Assembly (NCBI RefSeq): GCF_006345805.1
Contig: NC_043004.1
Span: 39,184,001 to 39,248,000, forward strand
Source of the DNA: Octopus sinensis
Taxonomy: Eukaryota
DNA length: 64,000 nucleotides
Reading direction: 5' to 3'
The first letter of the stretch is position 1, and each line of letters opens with the position of its first letter. The notes below the pieces were generated by a model that was given only the letters and a program-made list of their open reading frames with translations, searched no databases and was not told the origin of the DNA. The position numbers and the translations under genes were made by a program. Below, piece after piece: positions 13,739-24,958 of the stretch.

Positions 13739-14076
13739 CCTTTAGCTTCGTTCACTTTGAATCCTTGGAATTCTGACTTGAGTGAAAAATCGCCACACAC
13801 ACATACACATACAACTATTTGTACAATTGATGAATAACTCTACGAATGCATGCATAATACACATACGCCACTCACCCACCCACACACATACACACAAATA
13901 TATATCTATATTCACGATACACACAAATATATATCTATATTCAGGGCTGAAGCATATAAAAGCATAAAAGAATATTTATGTGTGTGCGTGCGTGTGTGTA
14001 TATATGTATACATGTGCGCGCGTGTCAGTGTGTGTGTATAGCGGCGTACGTACACTTTGTTCTATATATAAATATA

Positions 14077-14132
<56 letters not shown>

Positions 14133-14179
14133 TCTCTGGCCCAAAGTGATGAACCCAACACAGATCTTGGCTTAGGATG

Positions 14180-14545
14180 CTTTCAAGAAAGCCAGCTTGA
14201 TCTGCATCAAGCAACATCAGATTTTGCCGTGGTGTGATTACACGGGCGCGCTTTTCATCAGTTGCACAAGACTTGGCGCCCCCTTCCCCCCTCCCGAGCA
14301 GAAACATTCGTCACGCTGAGTCCATTGTTGAGAATATTCTCAACTCTCTCACAAGACATCCATGTGGTGAACACGACCAATATTTACCTCGGTGGTGGCA
14401 GTTGCAGGACGTCCCGACCTTGTGCCATCTTCAAGATTCTTTCTCCCACTCCTAAATTCAGCTGCTTATTTTTGCACTGTTTGTAAAGCGGGTGCATCAT
14501 CCCCTAATATAGTAACCATGTCAGCATGAATGCTTTTAGGGGCTA
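14180..14545 (-). mobile_element. Mariner (irritans-like) transposase N-terminal fragment, decayed
   Basis: Minus-strand KSIHADMVTILGDDAPALQTVQK*AAEFRSGRKNLEDGTRSGRPATATTEVNI. Confidence 0.7.
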
Positions 14546-15187
14546 AATCCTTTTTTCTGTAGGTACGGAATTTTCAGCTTCACCCTCGTATAAACCGTTT
14601 GCAATTCGGAAAAGTTTTTTGAGTTCAAGGCTGAAACCAGTGTAAAATTTCAAAGAATACTTCAGTTTTCAAATACGAAATCCTGCTTCAGTCGTTCGAA
14701 AAGGTTACCGCTTCAAACACCTCGGTGCAGTTGATAGGTTTTGTAGCCGTATTTGTAGATGAGAATGATTTCTTACTAGCAGTATAACCCGGTCATGCCC
14801 GGGATTAAGTTACGATTATTAAGCTAATCAAGTTCTTTATTTCAAACCAAACTAAGTAATATAGACGTCAAATTTGGGCGAAATCCGTTGAAATTAGTTA
14901 TATTATATATATTATATATAATATAATATAAATATATATGGGCAACAGACACGAACACACATACACACACGTACGTACACCTATTGCATGTTTTGTGCAC
15001 GCATACATGTTCATAAACAGAAATGAATGGAAAAAATGTTTAAATTTGTAGATTAACACTCGCACGATTTTCACTAAAGTATATTATACTATGATTATAA
15101 AATATAGTGTCTTTCAAAAACAAAAAGCAACAAAACATATTACATTTTATTTTTTATGAACGTCATAACTTACTCTCTCCCTCTCTC

Positions 15188-15393
15188 TGTCTCTCCCTCT
15201 CTCACTTTGTCTTTCCCGTGAAACTCTCTGCCTCCTTCTTCCACTTTTCTTTATCTTATTTTTCTGTTAGACGCTGGCAAGAACGTTGTCATTTAATCGC
15301 TGTCTCTCCCTCTCTCAATTTGTCTTTCCCGTGAAACTCTCTGCCTCCTTCTTCCACTTTTCTTTATTTTTATTTTTATTTTTTGTTAGACGC
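15188..15393. repeat. Local direct tandem duplication, period about 113 bp
   Basis: tgtctctccctctctca.tttgtctttcccgtgaaactctctgcctccttcttccactttt occurs twice. Confidence 0.8.
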
Positions 15394-15490
15394 CATCAAA
15401 AAAGCCAAGGCTGTTATTTTTCGTGGCTAAAATCTATGTCTGAAAATAGATATTTACGCTACCCACGGGTGCCTCGGGTAAAAAGAATAA

Positions 15491-15543
15491 GTTGACAAAA
15501 CCCAGATAGAATGTTGACAAAACCCAGATAGAATGTTGACAAA
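15491..15543. repeat. 22-bp minisatellite, about 2.4 copies
   Basis: GTTGACAAAACCCAGATAGAAT repeated. Confidence 0.85.
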
Positions 15544-15886
15544 TGTCTTCCTAAAATTGGAGCGACATGCGTGCTAATTTGTGGACGTGCATAAATTACA
15601 ATCACGTACACACACACACACGCACACACACATCCTCCCTTTTATAGATATGCTACGGGTGACGCATTGCCAGTTGATGATTCTCAGTAAGTTTAAGAGC
15701 AGGTACGATTGGGAAAGTTATACTTTTTATTTTGATCATCAAATAATATTTTTGCTATTTGTTTCGTAGTTGCATTCGATTGGCAGTTTAATACTACAGT
15801 GTTTGTTGAACCTATGATAAATACATTGAGAAAGAGTAATAAAATTTATTTAATACTTGTGCTGTTATATTTTATAATAACGCTAT

Positions 15887-16267
15887 TGAAGCACTCCGTC
15901 GGTTACGACGATGAGGGTTCCGGTTGATCCGATCAACGGAACAGCCTGCTCGTGAAATTAACGTGTAAGTGGCTGAGCACTCCACAGACACGTGTACCCT
16001 TAACGTAGTTCTCGGGGGTATTCAGCGTGACACAGAGAGTGACAAGGCCGGCCCTTTGAAATACAGGTACAACAGAAACAGGAAGTAAGAGTGAGAGAAA
16101 GTTGTGGTGAAAGAGTACAGCAGGGATCACCACCACCCACTGCCGGAGCCTCGTGGAGCTTTAGGTGTTTTCGCTCAATAAACACTCACAACGCCCGGTC
16201 TGGGAATCGAAACCGCGATCCTACGACCGCGAGTCCGCTGCCCTAACATCTGGGCCATTGCGCCTCC
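15887..16267 (-). mobile_element. tRNA-derived SINE, family C1, full length, with a 106-bp target-site duplication
   Basis: Head aggcgcaatggcccag..gttagggcagcggactcgcggtcgtaggatcgcggtttcgattccc on the minus strand; flanks 15781-15886 and 16268-16373 are direct repeats with 4 substitutions. Confidence 0.85.
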
Positions 16268-16887
16268 TGGCAGTTTAATACTACAGTGTTTGTTGAACCT
16301 ATGATAAATACATTGAGAAAGAGTAATAAAATTCATTTAACACTTGTGCTTTTATATTTTATAATTACGCTATAAAGTTTCAAGAAATGCTTTCGTTCCT
16401 GTACTACAAAATTCCATGCGGGAAGTCTGCTTGCTACTACTTTCTAGATATACAATGAAATAGATTAATTTTCTAAGAGAAAACATACAAAAATTCTAAT
16501 GTTATATGTGTATTTCATATAGCTGTCACAAAGCTTACGTGATGTGATTATTTTCTATGTTATTGCTATTTTAATTAAAACGTAACACAATTTTGCATCA
16601 TCGTATATTTGAGCTGTACCGTTGCGAAATATGTCTGAAGACGCTTAGCTCTGACGTTGAATTCCACATAGACAGAACTTGAAGCTAAAATGATTATCTT
16701 CATTCAGATTATACGAAATATAACTTAACAAAGTATACAGCTGTGTGCATACGTACATAATTACCAAGATACATACATATATGTGTACACAGAGACATAG
16801 ATAAATATAGATATGTACATGTATAAACATACGCATGCACATACATTCGTACAAGCATACATATATACATTACATATACATACATAT

Positions 16888-17190
16888 ATCACGTGATCAC
16901 GTGACCGACCAGACCATCAGATGTTTTACACATCGCTGGTCACAATGCGTTCGCATTGTTTTAGCCTTCGAATGACGCCACCCCGCTGGCTAAGCGAGCA
17001 GGCCAACAGAAGAAAGAGAGAGAGAAATAGTGGTGAAAGAGTACAGCAGGGAACACTACCCCCTGCCGGAACCTCGGGGAGCTTTTAGGTGATTTTCGCT
17101 CAATAAATACTCACAACGCCCGGTCTGGGATCGAACCCGCGATCCTACGACCACGGGACCGCTACCCTAACCACTGGGCCATTGCGCCTC
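16888..17190 (-). mobile_element. SINE family C2 (same head as C1, different 3' tail)
   Basis: Shares about 190 nt of 5' domain with 15887-16267; tail ...gcattgtgaccagcgatgtgt...catctgatggtctggtcggtcacgtgat. Confidence 0.8.
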
Positions 17191-17200
17191 CATACATACA

Positions 17201-17239
<39 letters not shown>

Positions 17240-17409
17240 TATATATATATGCGTGTGTGTGTGTGTATGTATATATGTGTATGTATGTATGTATGTATGT
17301 GTGTATGCATGTATGTATGTATGTATGTATGTATGTTTGTATGTATGTATGTATGTATGTATGTATGTATGTATGTTTGTATGTATGTATGTATGTGTGT
17401 ATGTATGTA

Positions 17410-18689
17410 CGAGGGGCGTTCAATAAGTAATGCCCCTGACCCACTTCCTATAGCAGTAGAGCAACGAAACTTGGCACAGTTATTAGTCTTTTTCTACATA
17501 GGAACCACCCAGAATTACGCATTTCTACCATCGTTTGATGCAGCTCTGGAGACCGTTTTTGTAGAAGACCCCAGCTTGGTCCTCCAACCTGAACGTGACT
17601 TCAGAAATCAAGGATGCATCATCTGGGAAACGCTTTCCTTTCAAAAACAACTTCATGACTGGGAAGAGGTGAAAATCAGAGGTGCAAGGTCAGGAGAGTA
17701 GGGGGATGGGGGATGAGTTCATAGCCATACGCCTGTGCTTCTGATCTGGCGACAAGCGAGTTGTGGACCGGAGCGTTGTCCTGCACGAGGAGGATGCCTT
17801 TGCTGATCTTGCCTCGTCTCTTGATTTTGATAACTTCTCTTAATTTCCTCAAAAGTGACGCATAATAGGCTCCTGTAATTGTGGTACCCTTTGCCAGGAA
17901 ATCTGTCATCACTACTCCGTCCTGGTCCCAGAAGACTGTGAGCATGACCTTGCCAGCGGAGGGCTGCACCCTTGCCTTCTTTGGAGGGGGTGAGTCACGG
18001 TACTTCCACTGCATTGACTGGGCTTTGGTCTCTGGATCATAGTGATGGACCCAGTTTTCATCCTGTGTAATCAGTCTTTTGAAAAATTTTGACTCATCTT
18101 CTTGGCACATCTCCAAATTCATCCTCGAGCACTCGACGCGTTCTTGCTTCTGGAAAGGCGTGAGCAACCTGGGAATCCATCTGGCAGACACCTTTTGCAT
18201 ATGCAAATGGTCATGAATGATAGTTTCCACAGACCCGGTACTAATCTTGACCTCATGGGCTATTTGGCGAATAATTATGCGTCGATCTTCCAATATGGCA
18301 GCCTCAACTTGACGGACAGATGCCTCATCAATGGCAGAAGGGGGCGACCAGATCTGGGAGCTGTTTCCACAGAGTTCCGACCATGTTTGAATTCACGATG
18401 CCAGCGTTTTACAAGGTCATATGATGGGGCATCATCACCATAAGTTACTTTCATTTCATCAAAAGTCTCCCGTGGTGTGCGTCCTTTTAAATACAAAAAC
18501 CGTATCACTGCTCGACACACAACAGGCTCCATTTCACAATTGACTCAGTTCAAACACCTGTAAATAATTAGTTCAGAGCTGTAATTTGTCACTTACTCTA
18601 TAGAGATATAAATGATTGCACATGCAAAATTTCAGCTAGATCAAACAACTGCAAATGGGTCAGAGGCATTACTTATTGAACGTCCCTCG
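17410..18689 (-). mobile_element. Full-length mariner transposon (irritans/Himar1-like), about 1280 bp, frameshifted DD34D transposase
   Basis: 34-bp TIRs CGAGGG(G/A)CGTTCAATAAGTAATGCC(C/T)CTGACCCA; TA TSD at 17408-17409 and 18690-18691; ORFs 18275-18532 (HTH, RSGRP) and 17676-18293 (WIPRLLT, QDENWVHHYDPE, QDNAPVH), with the YSPDLAP.DF motif in a shifted frame. Confidence 0.95.
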
Positions 18690-18702
18690 TATGTATGTAT
18701 TC

Positions 18703-19290
18703 ACGTTTCTCCAATACGAACATTTCAGAGTGTTTGGGTGTCAATATGAGGACATGTGCTGAGCGATCAAAATCAAACATCCAGTCAACATCTTGGTGTT
18801 TGGAGGGATCACTAGTGATGGCGACGTTATGCTACCATTCACCTTACCACAGGATCTCGCACTGAACACGGAGGCCTTCATCAAGTGCCTGGGGGTGGTA
18901 GTGCTGCCCTGGGTCAAGAGGATGGCTGCTGGAAGACCCTACGTGTGACAACAGGGTTCTACACCATGCCATATAAGCAAGAGAAGCCAGTCATGGTAAT
19001 CAGACAATTTCTGCGACCACATCACTCCTAACATCTGGCCACCTAACACCCCAGACTTCTACTCCCTTGTTTATTATGTGTATGACATAGTGGAGCAAGA
19101 GACCAGCAAAACTCCTTGTAACACTAAAGATGAACTGAAGGCAAGGATTATGGCAGCATTGACCAACTTAAACAAGGAGATAGTCCAGAAGAGCTGCGGG
19201 AGAATACGAAGTCGTCTGGAGGCCGTTGTTGAAGCCAATGACGATTTTATTGAATAAATTTTCTCTTCAGTATTTCAAGATATTTTACTT
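18703..19290 (+). mobile_element. Tc1/mariner maT (DD37D-like) transposase remnant with internal deletion
   Basis: KHPVNILVFGGITSDGDVMLPF...RPYV*QQGSTPCH...DNFCDHITPNIWPPNTPD...RLEAVVEANDDFIE*. Confidence 0.7.
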
Positions 19291-19326
19291 TAATTTTGAT
19301 AAATACACCTGTTAAAATAAAATTTA

Positions 19327-19371
<45 letters not shown>

Positions 19372-19460
19372 CCCCGAGTAAACACATAAACTGTCCGATG
19401 AACGGCAAAGGGAAACTCAGAGTAACAGGTTTTGTTGAATTTTCTGCTGCTTTAAATAAA

Positions 19461-19500
<40 letters not shown>

Positions 19501-19942
19501 GCAGAGATACAGATATAGCTCTACATTTATACAGATATGCACGTGTATTTATATGTGCATATATTAATGAAAATATTAAAGGCAACCCATGTATTATTAT
19601 GTGAATTCATACACGTTTCTATTTATTTGCATGCACAGATATCACTCACAAAAGAATACCTCCCATGCTTCACCTTGTCTTAATCTGAAGCATTCGTAGA
19701 CACTATTTCCACCCTCACACCTTTCACATTTCGAAACATCGAAGATAGGACACCTAAAGAGAGAGAAGGTGACACCTAGAGAGAGACGGTGAGAAGTCGT
19801 GCACTAGTGTAATGCTTCTAGCTGATTAGATTGAGGTAACTTGAAATGTATTGTCTGCTTAAAGATACAACCAGTCATCCGATACAGGAATCGAACCGAA
19901 GACAATACGATCATGAGCGAAAATATTATCCACTTAGACACG

Positions 19943-20139
19943 CGTGTGAACCGTTGGTGATTTTTTTGTCCTCCGTCTTCCCTTCCTTGGATCTTTCCTT
20001 TTCCTCTGTTTCTGACGAAGAGCTCCGCTTGAAACGCTAAATCCTCCTTCTTTCTTTCCTTTCCTGAGCGTCCAATAACACTATACTTGTTCCACGTTCC
20101 CGCGTTGTTGTGTTTTCTCTTTGTGTTTTCATGTTTGGA

Positions 20140-20143
<4 letters not shown>
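19943..20143 (+). mobile_element. Non-coding pLTR-like element with a minimal type I hammerhead motif (damaged cleavage triplet)
   Basis: gttt-CTGACGA(20012)-a-gagc tcc gctt-GAAAC(20031)-gc t-aaat; pyrimidine-rich flanks; ends at (TA)n; paralog at 58653. Confidence 0.65.
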
Positions 20144-20186
<43 letters not shown>

Positions 20187-21940
20187 TAATATATATATAT
20201 ATATATGTAATTTTTTTAATAAAAAGATATTAAACTATGTGAAACGAAGGCATTTCTCTTCCACTTTTTAATGTTTTCCACATATTTTCACCCATATATA
20301 TATACATATGTGTGTGTGTGTGTGTGTGTGTGTGTACGTGTGTGCATGTGTGTGTGTGTGTGGTGTCTATGTGTGTGTAGGTGAAGACAGAAGAGAGAGG
20401 CAGACACAGAGGGGCAGAGCGGGAGACAGACAGACAGAAAGAAAGTTTTGTGTATATATCTATATATCAAACATTTCTGTGTGTAAGACAGAGAGAGAAG
20501 TGGGGGAGAGAGTGTGTGTATAATCATTTATTAATAGATGAATCTTTCTACATACATACAGGAACACATGCATAAACTTTATCCACAGCTTTAAGCCACA
20601 AATAAACCTTACATAATATATTCGCGCTGGATTTGTTATCTTAATCCTGGTAGCTCTGTCTTCTTAAATTCTAAGTATATCTCCACATCTGTGAATATCG
20701 ACCGTCAACTAGAAAGTCTTATTCCGCGCCGCCATTAATTCTCACGTCCATTACTATCAATTCCAGTGTGTAATCTTCCCTAATCGCATACCAGTTCGAT
20801 ATAAGAAACTAAAAAGTTACAGATTTCTGCAGCGTATCTGTCTTGTGACTATAACAACACTAATTTCATGTGCAATAGAAATGTATTGCAAACGTTGCAC
20901 GGATATACATATAAGAAAAGAAATAGTTACTATCATGTGTACGTACACACACACACACACACATACAGGCACGCACACAGACACACGCGCGCACGCACAA
21001 ATACACAGCTTTACTTGTTTCAATCATTAGACTGTGACCATGCTGTGGCACTACCTCGGAAAGTTTTTATTCGAATGAATCGAACCCAGTACATTTGTAA
21101 GTCTGTTGCTTATTTCATTGGTCTTTTTGCCAAAGCCTTAAGTTACGGGGACAGTGATGATGGTGGTTTGCAAACACAGAAACAAAGACAACACACACAC
21201 ACACACCCACACACACACACCACACACCACACCCACACATATATATATATATATATATCTATATATATATATATATATACTAAGCAATAAAGGTTTAGCA
21301 ACGAATGCCTTACCACATACCCATTTAGAAATAGCAGTCAAAGGGTTATAGCTATTTCTTCTACTAAAGGGAGATCTCAGTAAAAACAGCAATTGGAAGG
21401 CAGACACAAACAGGTAGAGAGAATGAATTGACTGCAATCTATCATACATTTTTAAGTTATCTACGGACGTACGTTTCGAAATCAAGTTTTAGGAATATAT
21501 ATATATATATATATATTATATATTATATATATATATATATATATATTACCTCAAACTTTGGCAGGAAGCCTGCAATCTTAGGAGAGGGATTAGTCGATTA
21601 CATTGACCTCGCTACACGACTGGTTGTTTCATTTTATCGGCTCGTTTTCCCAAAGACAGGCACTTTCCAGAACACCGCTCCGTATATATATACACATATA
21701 TATGGGTACGTATGTATGTATGAGTGTTTATATATAAATATATATTAAAATTATAAGTGTGTTGAATGATTACAACACCAGGCTGGAAGAAGTAGACTCC
21801 AAATGGTCTAGGAACCGCAAAGATTATTACACCTCTACAGAAGGTTATAAGCAAGGAAAATAGACAGCGAAAATTTATAAAATAATTTGGATAATACCAT
21901 ATCTAGGGATTTCAAGGTTTGAGTTATTCACTCCTATAAC

Positions 21941-22121
21941 TATTTCTTTACTACCCACAAGGGGTTATACACCAGTGCGTAACTGGCACTTAATTTATCG
22001 ACCCCGAAAGGATGAAAGGCAAAGTCGACTTCGGCGGAATTTGAACTCACAACGTAACGGCAGACGAAATACGGCTACGCGTTTCGCCCGGTGTGCTAAC
22101 GTTTCTGCCAGCTCGCCGCCT
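21941..22121 (-). mobile_element. SINE family B with 14-bp TSD
   Basis: TSD TTCACTCCTATAAC at 21927-21940 and 22122-22135; internal deletion in the 3' domain. Confidence 0.85.
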
Positions 22122-22565
22122 TTCACTCCTATAACATATTTACAGCAGAACTATACTGAGTAACTAAGGGCATGATTGAAACAGGTGCTTGGATTTAAAT
22201 TCGGAAGTACGTGCGAAATACATGTACATTATTTGCGCTAATGACGGTATGTATAATGTATGTTTCATTTATTTACGTTCGATACGTTGCCACAGATGAT
22301 CGGAAAGAGTTTTAAATAACTCAAATAACTTGAAATCTATAGATATGGTATTATCCAAATTATTTTATAAATCCTCGCTGTCTATTTTCCTGGGTTACAA
22401 TGTCGTGTAGTGGAGTAATAATCTAAGTAGTTCTTAGACCATTTGGGGTGTTGTAATCAATCAAAACCTTTATTATAATTATAATTTTAATATGAATTAA
22501 CCATAATGGTATTTTAGCATGCCAGTGACTCATAAATCCTTAATAATGACTTTATCCTAATTACG

Positions 22566-22691
<126 letters not shown>

Positions 22692-22811
22692 TATATCACA
22701 ATCAAGGAACGCCATAATAGCCATTCACCCACTAGAAATAACAGCCAAAAGCTTTAACCGCAAAAACATCAATTCCGTAAACCAGGAGAAATTAAAAAAC
22801 ATTACCCTGTA

Positions 22812-22918
22812 ATTTCTTATACGATGCACCGTTTCGTCTACTGTTTAATGGTAAACTAACCTGATTAAATTAAATCAAGCCAATCTACCATAGGCCCTTA
22901 GATTCATCAGTAAGAAAT
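22812..22918 (-). ncRNA. Type I hammerhead ribozyme with extended stem II (copy 1)
   Basis: AUUUCUUA-CUGAUGA-[68-nt stem II]-GAAA-CGG UGCA UCG-UA-UAAGAAAU: 8-bp stem I, intact core, stem III with palindromic UGCA loop, GUA cleavage triplet; A10.1-C11.1 is non-canonical. Confidence 0.8.
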
Positions 22919-23294
22919 AGCCAATTCGGAACAGATATTTTTCACGAGGCATTCCCGTCCCTGCTTCGGCAATATCTGACCTAAAATTTTCAAATCATCG
23001 CACTCGCGCCAAATTTATCGGCAGCAAATAAATATAAGCCGCCGATTCCATTACGGAACTAACCAGAAAATTCATATTAATCATATAGGGTGGCAAAAAA
23101 ATTTTGTAGAATTTTTTTTTGCCACCAGCGGCCTAGTGGGAAAAAATTAAATAGTCAAAGACCATTTTAAGTTCAACATCACAATCAAGAACGGCCATAA
23201 TAGGCCATTCACCCACTAGAATAACAGCCAAAAGCTTTAACCGCAATAACTCAATTCCGTAAACCAGGAGAAATTAAAAAGCATTTACCCTGTA

Positions 23295-23395
23295 ATTTCT
23301 TATACGAGCACCGTTTCGTCTACGTTTAATGTAACTACCTGATTAAATTAAATCAAGCCAATCTCCATAGGCCCTTAGATTCATCAGTAAGAAAT
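23295..23395 (-). ncRNA. Type I hammerhead ribozyme (copy 2)
   Basis: Same stem I (8 bp), CUGAUGA, GAAAC and GUA site; single-base deletions in stems II and III relative to copy 1. Confidence 0.7.
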
Positions 23396-23658
23396 AGCCA
23401 GTCGGAACAGATATTTTTCACGAGGCATTCCCGTCCCTGCCTCGGCAATATCTGACCTAAAATTTTCAAATCATCGCACTCGCGCCAAATTTATCGGCAG
23501 CAAATAAATATAAGCCCACCGATTCCATTACGGAACTAACCAGAAAATTCATAATTAATCAATATAGGGTGGCAAAAAAATTTTGTAGAATTTTTTTGCC
23601 ACCAGCGGCCTAGTGGAAAAAATTAAATAGTCAAAATTTTTGCCACCCTATATTGATT

Positions 23659-23734
<76 letters not shown>

Positions 23735-23768
23735 ATATACATACATACATAATATATATTTATATATA

Positions 23769-23939
23769 GGTGCAGGAGTAACTGTATGTTAAGAGGTTTG
23801 CTTCCGAACCACATGGTTCCAGATTCAGTCCTATTGTGTGGCACCTTGGGCAAGTGAAGTGTATTCTACTATAGACTTGGGCCGACCAAAGACTTATGAG
23901 TGGATATAGCTAATGGAAACTGAAAACAACCCCGTCGTA
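23769..23939 (+). mobile_element. SINE family A, 5' half
   Basis: ggtgcaggagtaactgt...cacatggttccagattcagtcc...gaaactgaaaacaacccgtcgta. Confidence 0.75.
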
Positions 23940-24272
23940 AGGCGCATGGCTCAGTGGTTAGAGCGTCGAGCTTACGATCGTGAGGTTGCGAGCTCGAATC
24001 CCGGACCGGGCTGTGTGTTGTGTCCTTGAGCAAGACACTTTATTTCACGTTGCTCCAGTTCACTCAGCTGTAGAAATGAGTTGCGACGTCACAGGTGCCA
24101 AGCTGTATCAGCTCCTTTGCCTTTCCCTTGGATAACACTGGTGGCGTGGAGAGGGGAGGCCGGTATGCATGGGCGACTGCTGGTCTTCCATAAACAATCT
24201 TGCCCAGACTTGTGGCTGGGAGGGTAACTTTCTAGGTGCAATCCCATGGTCAGTCATGACCGAAGGAGGTTC
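23940..24272 (+). mobile_element. tRNA-derived SINE, family E (CORE-like central domain)
   Basis: A box TGGCTCAGTGG, B box GCTCGAATCC, then gtgtccttgagcaagacactttatttcac...ccagttcactcagctgtagaaatgag; starts exactly where the family A head ends. Confidence 0.75.
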
Positions 24273-24279
24273 CCCCCCC

Positions 24280-24330
<51 letters not shown>

Positions 24331-24703
24331 GTATATACATATATATATATACATATCGAGTCGCCGCTATTATGTATGTTATGTGTCTGCTAAACTCTTA
24401 AACTTAATATCGATTCTATTTCCCAGCTCTACTTTTTACCATGTATAAAGCCATTCATATAGCTGTATATTATATATGCGACAAGGAGACATCATTCCAG
24501 TGACAGTGAAAGAGCATCCCTAGAATTTCACGGCAGCAGAATCATGGGATATCGTAAGAAAACGGGATGAAAGTTACAACTGTATTAATAGACACTGCAA
24601 GTTACTACTCGGCTCTCTACGGAAACTTTTACCGGAAACTTCCGAAGTGTGTTTCATTCATTTAGGCATGTGTGCTCGTATATGTATTTGAAATAAAGGG
24701 AAT

Positions 24704-24749
<46 letters not shown>

Positions 24750-24770
24750 GTGTGTGTGTGTGTGTGTTGT

Positions 24771-24958
24771 GTGTGTGTATATATATGTATAAAGATATAT
24801 ATGTATATATATATATACACACTCACACATGAGTACACACACATATGTATGCATATATATATATATATATATATATATGCATACATATGTGTGTGTACTC
24901 GTGTGTGAGTGTGTATATATATACATATATCGTTATACATATATATATACACACACAC
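24771..24958. repeat. Palindrome with about 80-bp arms centred on an (AT)n tract
   Basis: ...cacactcacacatgagtacacacacatatgtatgc (AT)n gcatacatatgtgtgtgtactcgtgtgtgagtgtg... Confidence 0.75.

Larger units (their letters stand above)
22695..23665 (-). mobile_element. Tandem dimer of an approximately 483-bp HHR-containing pLTR/retrozyme-like unit plus a short inverted terminal segment
   Basis: Units start at 22695 and 23178 (atcacaatcaag), joined by a unique linker of about 17 nt; each holds a minus-strand HHR; 23635-23660 is the reverse complement of about 23555-23580; (TA)n on both flanks. Confidence 0.75.
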
